Assembly: GCA_051294375.1 (NCBI GenBank)
Contig: CM119266.1
Coordinates: 1,431,554 to 1,495,553, forward strand
Reading direction: 5' to 3'
DNA: 64,000 nucleotides
Source of the DNA: Paraspadella gotoi
Taxonomy: Eukaryota; Animalia; Chaetognatha
The position numbers and the translations under genes were made by a program. The notes below the pieces were generated by a model. That model saw nothing but the letters and a program-made list of their open reading frames with translations. It had not been told where the DNA came from and ran no database searches. Positions 26,805 to 40,653 of this stretch are shown piece by piece. Numbering within the stretch: the stretch's first letter is position 1; the number at the start of each line of letters is the position of its first letter.

Positions 26805-28903
26805 GAGTCGTCGGGCGAGCCATCACTAGCTTCCCAACATCAAAGTGGGCAGCAATCTCAAATGAAGGCAAGCAGAGGCCAGAAATGAGGCGAAAAAAAA
26901 CCGCGAAGCTTCAGCCGGGTCGACAAATGGATTTTTAATTTCGGACAATTATCGTAGAATTAAAAACGAGAATCGATGAGACGCGAAACTTTGGCGAGAT
27001 TTTCATCAGGAGATAGAATTTCGTTTGACGAAACGACGAAAAAAAATCTTTCGAGACGATTACCATCTACCGATAGAATCATTTGTAGATGATCATCTTG
27101 AAGGTTACTAATCTTTCCAGGATAAAACTCGTTCCCAGTTGAGAGGCGAAGATGCGATTTTGCAGATCGCGCATCGGAAACGTATTTTCAACAATAGAAG
27201 AGCGATCGTCATCAGATCTGCATTTTGCGATGGAAAAAGCGAGGAATGATCGAGATGTCATTGAGAAGAACGAAAAACACAAAACTCTTGAATGCAAGGG
27301 GTCTGTTTGAACCATGAAACTGACTCCGGGCAACGCAGACCGGACCACAATGAGACCCAAAGATATGCTTAGAGATGGAACCAAGCTTTCGCCCGTCGCC
27401 GATTTAAAAAGTCGACCCGGCTTTGGAAATCTTAAGAGGCATTGAACCTTTGCTTTTATCAAATCCGGAGGGCAGAATCTGAGTTCGCAGAATTCTCTTG
27501 AGGAGTTTTATTCGATAAGCAAGACAGCCCACAGCTTGCTTCCGCTTTATCGGTCCATACGAACAAGCCCGTTTCGGCTAACCGATTATTCTACCGCTCT
27601 GCATCTAAAAATTGAAAGAATCAAAATTCAGAGGCAACAAAACCTTCTTGCAACGAGAGGATCTCGTTCCAACGATCCTAAGATCGCAGGAAATTTTTTC
27701 ACAGAGAGCGCGATGGAAAAAAAATTTCGAAAACTTTTCATCATTCAGCGAGGCGAAATCCCGTGGGCAGATGAGACGTCAGTGATGGCAAATCTCGAAA
27801 TAGACGTTTTCACAAAACGGTTGAGGGAAAACTGAAGTTTTTAGTGGAAGTGAGAAACCCCATAGAGTTTTCCATCGAGCCTCCTTTACCTTGGAACCAT
27901 GGTGCACACCTATGATTTTCATGCGGCGGACGAAAATGGGGGAGATGGAATTTTCCATCGATTCCGTTACTTAAGAGGGAATTGTGGTGACTGAGGTTTC
28001 GAAATGTGGGACGGCCTTCGGTGAATACCTTTGGTGGAAACAGTGAATTTCCAGCTAAGGAATTTCCGGTGCAAGTGTCTGATGAGATGGAAACGTTCAT
28101 AGAGGAGATGGGAAACTTCAGCATGAAAATTCCACAAAAAGGAAGAGGAAAGTGAGAAAGTCGTTTGGTACAGAGATCGGAAATCCCAAGTGGGAATCAG
28201 TTCCAATCTTTCGCGTCTTTAAAAAGGATCTACGAATTTTCAAATAAAAAAATTTCATCCGATTAATCTTCAATAAATAAACCAGTGGTAAGAAAAACCG
28301 ATATTTTTCTGCTTATCAGTATCGAAAGAAACTTGCGGCGAAGATGCGAACCAGCGATCAAAAAAATGAAATATCTCAGAGAAGAAATTTCCGAAGATCA
28401 GCGACTAGATGATAGAACCTGTGATGAAGAAATGATAATTCCCGCACGACGCCACCAAATCTCTGGCGTATTTCCTCGATAGCCCGCCGACTATCGACTA
28501 TCGACTTCGAGACTCCCGTCACGGCCGCTGCCAACGGAACAGACGACGCCTGCCAATCGGATCTTCTCCGTCATCCGGCCCGAATTTATGCGGACGATTT
28601 TGAAGGCGCCGGGAAGATTCGGGGTTGCCGGAATCGGTTCCGGCGGCGAGGTGAAAATGTAAAGGAGGAAAAAAAAAAAATTGGGGAGGAAATTAGAGAA
28701 TGCATCGAGAAAGGAACTTCCGAAAGCAGACGGACCGAAGGGCATTTGAGATATTCACGCGGAGAATATGAGTTTATTTTTAAAAGAGATTCATCAGCAA
28801 TCTTTGTTCGGTGGACGCGAATCAAGATTCGCTGCGAGGACAAACTGCATCTTCAGCGATTGCCGCGCACAACAGCATGGGAGGCATTGCGGCAGGTCAG
28901 TAA
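24167..28903 (+). other. Indel-riddled second copy (likely the other haplotype, from unpolished reads) of the 48015-52624 gene
   Basis: Same start (MARFYDSK), same exon order and same stop context (ggtcagtaa), but the ORF is broken into many fragments. Confidence 0.8.
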
Positions 28904-31350
28904 ATGAAGTCACTTCGTAAAAAAAAAATATTCGATAGAATGAATGGTTTTACATGTATTTGATATCGATTTTTCCTATTTAAATAAACTAATATTATTT
29001 CTGTAAACATTGTGGCAAACCTTTGTACTTTAGTAAACGATTCAATAGAAATTTTTTTTTTATTCTTCAATCGGGCTTTGAAAAAAAAAATCAAATGCGA
29101 GGTTAAAACTTACTTAAGTTAGAATTAATATAAAATAGCACTTTCACTGCTATGAATTGTTTTTTTATAGAGAGAAATAACACTCTACTTCCAAAGGTAT
29201 TATTAACTACAACATAACAATTTCTCCTTCCCAAATTTATATTGCTCCATTGGGAATTTGTTTAAAGAATAATAATTATTGATCACGTTACGCCAATTTT
29301 CTTCTTCGAAACTAGAACTTGTTTTTCTTTGGACGAAATCGCGGTCCGATGATGAGATTTTCAAAACTCGCATCAAGTTTATCTCGTTCACCTTTTGGCT
29401 TATTTTCTCGCGAGCAAAGATCAATTTTGGAATCTGCAAAACAAATAATAGAAAAATATAAAGTCTGTTTTTAAAAGAATCATTAAATAAATGTTTTTTT
29501 TTTTAAATTATTTGTCACTTTATTTATATTTATTTTAAATATATTTTAAGATTTTGATTTTATCAAATCGTTTGAAATAACTTGATAACATAAAACAAGA
29601 ACAGGTAATTCCAATGTGTTGCCTCGCAGTAACTTTATTTTCAAGTGTTTTTTATTTTTATCACAGATATGACATGACATGATATGACTAAAAAAATAGT
29701 TTGCTTTATAAACATGCTCTGCATCAAAATTTCTATCTTTTATTCTTTTATAGTTTTAAGAGTTACTGATATGGCGGCTAGCAGTCTCTTAGATTTGAGG
29801 TTTTTTCTGTCTTAACAATATGCAGCAAACCAACTATAAGGAAATAAATACAAAATATATGCATTTTTAACGTAAATAAGACAGACCGACAGATTGACAT
29901 TATTCGGATCGGGGAAACCGGAACCCAGGGGAAACCCGGGGGGAACGAAAGAAAAGGGGAAAAAGGTTGGGGAAAAACTTATAAGTTGCTCCGCGAGTAC
30001 TTCGCGGCGTCCCGTAACTAAAAATTCCAAACTAACGAAAGGTGTTTCCTCACCAATTTTTTTCTTTTTTTGAGAAAAAGACAATTACCTTTAAAATGAA
30101 AAGATCCAAAGAAAATCTTAAGAAAGCCTCAATATTGCCAGCAGTAAAGATCGGAAAATTCAAATTCATAACTTTTACCAATTTTGTATGCTTCTAACAC
30201 AACTAAACACTCCCACAATACACACGAACCACATGGTTCACACACCAGAACCGCCAACAACCACCAAACATCAAAAAGCAACTTAAAACATCTCTCTCCG
30301 AAGCTTTGTAGCTGAAGTGACTGTCTGTCTTTCCGTTTCTCCATAAATATAGTTAAATTTAGTTATAATGAGTAGTAAATAGATAAGAGAGATTGGGGAG
30401 ATTAAATAGATTAAAGAGATTGGGAAGATTAAATAGATTAGAGAGATTGGGGAGATTAAATAGATTAGAGAGATTGGGGAGATTAAATAGATTAGAGAGA
30501 TTGGGGAGATTAAATAGAATAGAGAGATTGGGGAGATTAGAAAAGGGAGAAAATTTAGAAAAAGAAAAGAATAGAAAATAATAGAATAGAATAGAATAGA
30601 ATAGAATAGAATAGAATNNNNNNNNNNNNNNNNNNNNNNNNNNNNNNNNNNNNNNNNNNNNNNNNNNNNNNNNNNNNNNNNNNNNNNNNNNNNNNNNNNN
30701 NNNNNNNNNNNNNNNNNNNNNNNNNNNNNNNNNNNNNNNNNNNNNNNNNNNNNNNNNNNNNNNNNNNNNNNNNNNNNNNNNNNNNNNNNNNNNNNNNNNN
30801 NNNNNNNNNNNNNNNNNNNNNNNNNNNNNNNNNNNNNNNNNNNNNNNNNNNNNNNNNNNNNNNNNNNNNNNNNNNNNNNNNNNNNNNNNNNNNNNNNNNN
30901 NNNNNNNNNNNNNNNNNNNNNNNNNNNNNNNNNNNNNNNNNNNNNNNNNNNNNNNNNNNNNNNNNNNNNNNNNNNNNNNNNNNNNNNNNNNNNNNNCGAC
31001 ATCGAATAAAGTTTTTTCTTGGAAGAAGTAAAATGTCCGGAGGCCGTCGATTTATTTTCACTCGAGTTTCCCGACCACCAAGTTTCACGAAGTTTCTAAC
31101 AATTCTTGCCGTGAATTAATTATATTGACTCGAAAAGTGAATATTTAACACAAATTTACGAATATATACGACACCACCAACGAAATGGAACTCTAGACGG
31201 AAATGGTCAGACTCATGGTTTACCCTGATGATCTGAAAAAAAGACGACCAATCGCTTCGCAAGTCCGTCCATTGGTCAATTCCATCGATGATCATTTCGC
31301 TTATTCGACTTCCTTTTTTTTCTCTNNNNNNNNNNNNNNNNNNNNNNNNN

Positions 31351-34300
31351 GCCGGTGAGTGGAGAAAGGGAGTGGAAGGGCGTGGGGGAAAGAGGGATGT
31401 AATTGAGAGTAGAAAGGGAAATGGGGAGAGAAAGAAAGAGGGGGGCGGGTGAAAGAGGGATGTAATTGAGAGTATAAAGGGGGAAGGGGGAGAGAAAGAA
31501 AGAGGGGGGGGCGGCAAGAGAAAAAAAAGGAAAGTCGAATAAGCGAAATGATCATCGATGGAAATTGACCAATGGACGGACTTGCGAAGCGATTGGTAGT
31601 CTTTTTTTAGATCATCAGGGTAAACCATGAGTCTGACCATTTCGTCTAGAGTTCCATTTCGTTGGTGGTGTCGTATATATTCGTAAATTTGTGTTTAAAT
31701 TTCGCATTTTCGAGTCAAATATAATTAAATTCCACGGCAAAAAAGAATTGTTAGAAACTTCGTGAAACTTGGTGGTCGGGAAACTGGGAGTGAAAATAAT
31801 CGACGCTCCGCCGACTATTTTACTTCTTCAAGAAAAAACTTTATTCGATGTCGAAAACCTCGAAGCGAAGCAATCAAACGACGTGACAAGACAGCTTTGT
31901 CAGCGTTAGCTAAAAAATAAAGGGGAGGCTTTGTATCTTTATGGGATCTGTCATCACTTATCTTGGCTTAACTTATTTTTTTTGTTTGGGGTGACTTTGT
32001 TCTCTTTTCTCTCTTCTCTATTCTAATCTATCTATTCTAATTCTATTCTAGTTCATTATTCTATCTATTTTCTATTCTTTCTTTTTTCTTAAATTTTCTG
32101 CCTTTTCAATCTGCCCAATCTCTCTATTCTATTTAATCTCCGGACCAATCTCTCTAATCTATTTAATCTCCCCAATCTCTCTATCATTATTTAATCTCTC
32201 CCAATCTCTTTAATCTATTTAATCTTCCCAATCTCTTTAATCTATTTTAATCTCCCCAATCTCTCTTAATCTATTTACTACTCATTATAACTAAATTTAA
32301 CTATATTTATGGAGAAACGGAAAGACAAGACAGTCACTTCAGCTACAAAGCTCTCTCTCACTTCTCGCGCCAGAGAAGACATACCCAAAAGGCGAGAGGG
32401 TGGGGCGGAGATCGAGTCGGGAGAGGGTGATCAGGCTGCTGGGGTGGGGTTGGTATGGCAGGCGGGCCGGATGAGGACGGCTCCGTGGATGTAACCGCCG
32501 TTGAAGTTTTCTCTGAGAGAAAAAAGATCCTCGCATAACCGAAAAGTCCTTTGACCGGAAAGATCGAAGATCAATGACCTTCGACGAAGTCGAGAGAGGG
32601 AGGGAGGGAGGGAGGGAGGGAGGGGAGAGAGAGAGAGGGAGAGAGAGAGTGAGAGAGAGAAGAGAGAGAGAGAGAGCGCAAAGATCATACGTCGAAACTT
32701 CTCACCCAGAAACAGAATTTACTGAACAAGCACTGTGCGTCGAGAGAGATTTGTAGGAAGAATCCCGCGAGCCGGAAGGAGTGCGGGATTGTGGTTTAGA
32801 AGGAAAAGACAGAAAGAGATAAAGAACGGAGAAGATAGTAGAGACAGAAGAGATAGAAGAGAGAGAAGATAGCCAAAAACAGAAGACTTCAGACTGCGGG
32901 AAAAAAATAACCGGAAAAGCTGTGTCTGTCTCTAAATCTCTTCTCTCTCTCTCTCTCTTCTCTCTCTCTTCTCTCTCTCTCTCTCTCTCTCTCTTCCTTC
33001 TTTCTCTCTCTCCTCTCTCTCTCTCTACTCTCTCTCTCTCTTCTCTTCTCTCTCTCTCTCTCATCTCTCCTCTTCTCTCTCTCCTCTCCTCTCTATTCTC
33101 TCCTCTCCCTCTCTTTCCCTCTTCCTCTTCATTCCTCAAAAAAGATCGCATCACCGAGCGATCATTCTGCGCGGTAGACTAATCACCCGAAAAGATCACT
33201 CGATCCCGAACGCTCATCACTCAACCCAAAGAGAGCCTTGGGACCCGTAGGACCGTCGGGGCGGCGTCGGGCGGCGTCGGGGCGGCGTCGGGGCGGCGTC
33301 GCGGCGTTAGCGCGCTGTCGAAGCGGCCGTCGCCCTCTGGAAATCGATGGACCGAATAAGATTAAAGGGTTTTTTTTTCTCGGGCGGTGCCTCCTTTCCT
33401 ATCACCGATCTGTCATTTGAAATCACGCTTTGTCCTATTATATCGTATGTTTTGTCTTTTGAAATGACATTCCTTGTCGAAACTCCCACCTTTTTCAATC
33501 ACAATCATTTCCTGTGAATTGACCCTCCCCTGATTTTTCGATCACCGTAAAAATCTGCATTCTCCTAACTTCATCCCTTTTTTCCTTTTTTAAAAAAACA
33601 AACAAACCTCACCCCGCCCTCCCCCACCCCAAGAACCCAAGTCAGCCTTCTCTTCGTTTTCACGCTTAGTGAAGAGAACAAGCAATGCTTACCGAACAAG
33701 CGAATTCTAAAAGTCTCGTCTGATCTTAATCTCGATCTTCGTGCACAGAGCGAGAAAACCGCTGGAGAGTCGAGGCACGAGAAACGTTGATTCCGAATTT
33801 CGTTTTTAGTTGCGCCGCGAGCACTCGCCTTCGGAAAATCCTAAAACTGTACGAAGGAAAGGATTCGATGCAATGCATGTCATAAAGTTTTTACTCATGT
33901 CATGTCACGTCATGTATTGTCATATCAGTTGATCAAAGGGAAATACGCGTGAAAATAAAGTCACTTCGCCACAACACGTTCTAGTTAATGAAAACAAATG
34001 GCGCTGGTTAACTTAAGACTCCGTCAATAAGCTACGATTTATGCCAAGAATGACTCGATTTTAGATATTAGGCTTTCAATAAATGTCTTTCTAAAAAGAA
34101 TGATGTTGTATGATGTCTCATTGAAATTCGGGTAGTGAGTTATTAACCTTGTGTTACAAGTTTCTGTTTCCAGAATACAAAATTACCTCCCATCTCGCTC
34201 AAATATTCATAAAATATGCTAATGGTGACTCATATTGTAACTGTCATATCGGTAAGAATTAAAAACTGCATTCTTTTGCATTAAATTCGTCCAATGAGAT

Positions 34301-34664
34301 GTCTCCTGATTTTTAACAATCAGCGATCGGCGTTGTTTCGAGTCTCTTTGTGAACGCCTTTGCTTCCTCTGACTCATGATCTTTAAGGATTTTAATGAAT
34401 CCATCATTAAGTAACAACATTTGAGCAAAATTTTGGTTAATGATGGATAAAACAAATTCTGCAAATATGCTTAAAATCGCTAAATATTTTAAAGATTTAA
34501 ATTTTGAGCTTATTATTTAATAAATATCTTTTTTTAAGACTGGAAGTCTACTGTCGAAAAAACTCCGTATGCAGAACTTCGTTTCTAGTTTCCTCAGAGT
34601 TCGACGGACTGAGTCAATCTGCCAGAATTCCGCCTTCCAATTCTGACTTACTTAAAGACTTAAA

Positions 34665-34747
<83 letters not shown>

Positions 34748-34916
34748 TTCTCTTTTTCTCTGTTTCTCCCGTGTGTCCCTCTTGCAAAACGAGAAATTAG
34801 TTACGCCAGTGATTTAGAGACGCCATGAATGACAAAAACTCACCGGAAGCCACAACGACCTGGGTAAGTCTCCTTAGAATTGAGAGAAAGTCCACGCGTT
34901 GACTTTTCCTTCCTTC

Positions 34917-34969
<53 letters not shown>

Positions 34970-36417
34970 CTCTCTCTCTCTCTCTCTCTTTCTCTCTTTT
35001 CTCTGTCTCGCTGTCTCTCTCTCTCTTCTTTTCTCTATATATCTGTTTATTTTCTTGCTTTTTTTTTTTCGGTCTACCCCATACATTATTTTTTGTTTAC
35101 TTCTTCATAGCAGGTCTTTTTTTAAGTAATTACCCTCTCTCTCTCTCTCTCTCCTTCTCATCTCTCTCTCTCTCTCTCTCCTATCTCTCTCTCTCCTCTC
35201 TCTCTACTCTCTCCACTCTTTTTCCCTTCTACCTCCCTCGTCCAATTCACTCTGCGTGCAAAATCCATCAGACTTCAAACTCTCAGCCTTTAATTCCACC
35301 TTTTTTTGCTCATCCCGTTGAGAAGAAAACTCGACCAAAATCGAACCACTTTCCCTTGAGGTCTTGAGTGCAAAACTCAGGTGAACACTCGAAACGAACC
35401 TGCAAAACCTCTTGCATAACAAGCAGTAACTCGTTGAATTGTACCAGAATCTCTCGTAGGAAATTCTTTCCAGAATTCTTGCAAAAACTACTGTCCGAAA
35501 CATTTGCAGAAAAACACCCATTATATCGGGATTATTTATTTATTATTATTTGAGGGCTTTACTTATGTTATGTGAAATAAAACATTGTGAAGTTAAGGTT
35601 ACGATAATTTTATTTAATTTGTGAAACCTAAGTATCACCCTAATTCTCCAATCCGACTGCAATGGAAACATTTCGGTCCGCAAAACTTAAGTAAAAAAAG
35701 AATAGAAAAAAAGTTGGAGGGGAAAAGTTCATTTGCGCGAATGAAGAAAAATGGTAAATTTTGTGCGAATCGGAGAGAAAATCAGAGAATGGAAATTATA
35801 CGTCAGAGAAAAAGTGTAAAGAAAGAAAGATGGAAAGTGAGTAAGATACCGAGAAAGAGGAAATAATTTAAAAAGAAAGAAAGAAAAGAAAGAAAGAAAG
35901 AAAGAAAAAGAAAGAAAAGAAAGAAGAAGAAAGAAAGAAGAAGAAGAAAATGGAAAGAGAAATGGATGTGGTCCTCATGACGGGAGGCGAAGAATAATAA
36001 ATCGCCGACTATAAAACGAGAGAAAAAAACTGTAGGGGGTTTAGAAAGGACGACAACGACGACGACGACGACGACGATGATGATAATGACGATGATGATG
36101 ATGATAATGATGAGAATGGCAACTGAAATATAGATACCACTTTTCTGCAAAATGAGGCTTTTTAATCGAAATGAAATGACGACGACGATTTCGGTGTTGT
36201 TGTTGTTGTTGTTGTTGTTGGTTGTTGTTGTTGTTGTTGTGTTGTTGTTTGTTGTTGTTGTTGTTGTTGTTGTTGTGTTGGTTGTTTTGGAAAAGAAGGT
36301 AGTAAGCTGAAGACGGAGAGACGAAGAGGTGGACGGTGATTCGAAGGCAAAAAATAGTATTTTAGTCGTTCGTTCGTTATTTTAAATTAGAAATTTCAAT
36401 TTAGTAGTAAATGAAGA
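31351..36417 (-). repeat. Inverted copy of ~10942-18292 lacking the 14075-16560 segment
   Basis: Begins right after a 25-N gap with the reverse complement of ~18292. Ends at the reverse complement of ~10942, then switches directly to forward 18288. Confidence 0.9.
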
Positions 36418-37666
36418 CGGCCTCAGTGACTTTCACAAAAGGTCGACCCCGTTTCTTTTTTCCTCTTTTGTTTTCTAAATTCCGCTTTGGGATCTGAAGA
36501 GAAAAAGGGAGATTGAAAGGAATGATTGTAGGCCCAACCAATAAGCTAATAAGCGATGAATTGATTGGTCAAAATGTAATTGATTGGTTGAACTCAGCAA
36601 AGGCCAAAAGGATACAAATTGAATCACACAGCTAAAGTGCTCGTCAAGCAGAAGATTAAAAATATCGGATTGTCTGCAAAACTAGAAAAATAATATAAAT
36701 TTTGTGAAAATACTAAAAAATTAAATATTGAAAAGTTGACAGTGTAAAGTCCTGACGACGGTATGACTCGGTCGGTCAGCGGGGCCCGTCTGCTCTGCGT
36801 CGGCTGCGGAGAGAAGCTGCATGTAAACTAAAGATATTAACATCTATACTTAAAATATAAATAGTCATCATTTACATTTTCAACTGGATTGGAGCCACTC
36901 AATGTTTTCGCCTTCTATTGGGTTTCATTGTGAATAATTGTGATTATTATTTTTGTCTGATATAGATGTTGCAGTTGTTCTCCGGCAAGATCAGCTGGAA
37001 CATCTATATGCTTTGATTATTTTATTAATTAATTTACCAATTAATATTAATAAGACGCCAAGTGGATAAGAAACTATTTATAAACATTTCGGCGCCAGCG
37101 ATCCCGATCTTCAGTACGATTACTCTCCCGACGTCTTCTCCCTCTCCGCTAGGTCGAGGAGGGGGTTCTTTTCAGCAATAGCTATGGAATTGGTCAATAT
37201 CAATATCAACCAGTATGATTTGAATTCAAACCAACACCAGAATTTGAATTCAATGTACATATGTCAAATTTCAGTCAGTTGAAATGAGGATTTCGAAAGA
37301 CGGGGGTAAGTTTCTCAATATTTAAAGAAGCACGAAAAGTAAGTGCTCAAAGGTAGGAAACGGGTATAAGCATCGGTCATGATGAGGAACAAAGAGCGAG
37401 ACCCTGCTGGAGCGGCGAGACTCTGGTGGAGCGGTAAGACTCTACTGAAGAGGCACGACCCTGCTGGAGGAATCGCCGACTTAGGCGACTTGAAAGACCC
37501 GAAGGGACTTGATTGTATTTGCAATGCAGATGCAAACAGGAGCAGAAGCGAGATGCAAGAAAACGCAATCGCGGACCGAAAAACAAATCAAGACGAGAAG
37601 AACTCCCGTCATGAGGACCACATCCATTTCTCTTTCCATCTTTTTTTCTTTTCTTTCTTTCTTTCT

Positions 37667-37703
<37 letters not shown>

Positions 37704-38582
37704 TTTCTTTCTTTCTTTTTAAATTATTTCCTCTTTCTCGGTATCTTACTCATTTCCATCTTTCTTTCTTTACACTTTTTCTCTGACGTTAATTTCCATT
37801 CTCTGATTTTCTCTCCGATTCGCACAAAATTTACTCATTTTTCTTCATTCGCGCAAATGAACTTTTCCCTCCAACTTTTTTTCTATTCTTTTTTACTTAA
37901 GTTTTGCGGACGAAATGTTTCCATTGCAGTCGGATTTGGAGAATTAGGGTGATACTTAGGTTTCCAAATAAATAAAATTATCGTAACCTTAACTTCACAA
38001 TGTTTATTTCACATAACATAAGTAAAGCCCTCAATAAATAATAATAAATAATCCCGATATAATGGGTGTTTTTCTGCAAATGTTTCGGAAGTAGTTTTTG
38101 CAAGAATTCTGGAAAGAATTTCCACGAGAGATTCTGGTACAATTCAACGAGTTACTGCTTGTTATGCAAGAGGTTTTGCAGGTTCGTTTGAGTGTTCACC
38201 TGAGTTTTGCACTCAAGACCTCAAGGGGAAAGTGGTTCGATTTGGTCGAGTTTTCTTTCTCAACGGGATGAGCAAAAAAAGGTGGAATTAAAGGCTGAGA
38301 GTTTGAAGTCTGATGGGGATTTTGCACGCAGAGTGAATTGGACGAGGGAGGTAGAAGGAAAAGAGAGTGGGAGAGAGGAGAGAGAGAGAGAGAGAGATAG
38401 GAGAGAGAGAGAGAGAAGAGTGAGAGAGAGAGAAGAGAGAGAGAGGGTAATTACTTAAAAAAAGACCTGCTATGAAGAAGTAACAAAAAATAATGTATGG
38501 GTAGACCGAAAGAAAAAAAAGCAAGAAAATAAACAGATATATAGAGAAAGAAAGAGAGAGAGAGACAGCGAGACAGAGAGAA

Positions 38583-38614
<32 letters not shown>

Positions 38615-38633
38615 GAGAGAGAGAAGGAGAGAG

Positions 38634-38664
<31 letters not shown>

Positions 38665-38833
38665 GAAGGAAGAAAAGTCAACGCGTGGCATTTCTCTCCA
38701 ATTCTAAGGAGACTTACCCAGAGTCGTTGTGGCTTCGGGTGAGTTTTTGTCATTCATGGCGTCTCTAAATCACTGGCGTAACTAATTTCTCGTTTTGCAA
38801 GAGGGACACACGGGAGAAACAGAGAAAAAGAGA

Positions 38834-38915
<82 letters not shown>

Positions 38916-40544
38916 GTTTTTAAGTCTTTAAGTAAGTCAGAATTGGAGAGCGGAATTCTGGCAGATTGACTCAGTTCCGTCGAACTCTGAGGGAACTAGA
39001 AACGAGTTCTGCATACGGAGTTTTTTTCGACAGTAGACTTCAGTCTTAAAAAAAGATATTTTATTAAATAATAAGCTCAAAATTTAAATCTTTAAAATAT
39101 TTAGCGATTTAAGCATATTTGGCAGAATTTGTTTTTATCCATCATTAACAAAATTTTGCTCAAATGTTGTTACTTATGATGGATTCATTAAAATCCCTTA
39201 AAGATCATGAGTTCAGAGGAAGCAAGGCGTTCACAAAGAGACTCGAAACAACGCCGATCGCTGATTGGTTAAAAATCAGGAGATCTCATTGGACGAATTT
39301 AATGCAAAAAGAATGCAGTTTTTATTCTTACCGATATGACAGTTACAATATGAGTCACCATTAGCATTTTATGAATATTTGAGCGAGATGGGAGGTAATT
39401 TTGTATTCTGGAAACAGAAACTTGTAACACAAGGTTAATAACTCACTACCCGAAGTTTCCAATGAGACATCATACATACATCATTCTTTTTAGAAAGACA
39501 TTTATTGAAAGCCTAATATCTAAAATCGAGTCATTCTTGGCATAAATCGTAGCTTATTGACGGAGTCTTAAGTTAACCAGCGCCATTTAGTTTCATTAAC
39601 TAGAACGGTGTTGTGGCGAAGTGACTTTATTTTCACGCGTATTTCCCTTTGATCAATGATATGACAATACATGACGTGACATGACATGAGTAAAAAACTT
39701 TATGACATGCATTGCATCGAATCCTTTCCTTCGTACAGTTTTAGGATTTTCCGAAGGCAAAGTGCTCGCGGCGCAAACTAAAAAACGAAATTCGGAATCA
39801 ACGTTTCTCGTGCTCGACTCTCCAGCGGTTTTCTCGCTCTGTGCCGAAGATTCGAGATTAAGATCAGACGAGACTTTTAGAATTCTTGTTCGGTAAGCAT
39901 TGCTTGTTCTCTTCACTAAGCGTGAAAACGAAGAGAAGGCTGACTTGGGTTTCTTGGGGTGGGGGAGGCGGGGTGAGGTTTGTTTGTTTTTTTAAAAAAA
40001 GGAAAAAGGGATGAAGTTAGGAGAATGCAGATTTTTACGGTGATCGAAAAATCAGTGGGAGGGTCAATTCAACAGGAAATGATTGTGATTGAAAAGAAGG
40101 TGGGAGTTTCGACAAGGAATGTCATTTCAAAAGACAAAACATACGATATAATAGGACAAAGCGTGATTCAAATGACAGATCGGTGATAGAAAGGAGCACC
40201 GCGCCCGAGGAAAAAAAAAACCCTTTAATCTTTATTCGGTCCATCGATTTCCAGAGGGCGACGGCCGCTTCGACAGCGCGCTAACGCGCGACGCCGCCCC
40301 GACGCCGCCCCGACGCCGCCCGACGCCGCCCCGCGGTCCTACGGGTCCCAAGGCTCTCTTTGGGTTGAGTGATGAGCGTTCGGGATCGAGTGATCTTTTC
40401 GGGTGATTAGTCTCCGCGCAGAATGATCGCTTCGGTGATGCGATCTTTTTTTAAAGAATGGAAAGGAGAAAGAGGAGAAGAGAGAGGAGAGGAGATAAGG
40501 GAGAGAGAGAGAGAGAAGAGAAGAGAAGAGAGAGAGAGAAGAGA

Positions 40545-40593
<49 letters not shown>

Positions 40594-40605
40594 GGAAAGA
40601 GAAGA

Positions 40606-40653
<48 letters not shown>

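Noticed and set aside
29900-30300. Unique-looking GC-rich and AC-rich patches in copy A
   Set aside because: They appear to be garbled versions of sequence near 53570-53610 and 53790-53850, i.e. read noise.
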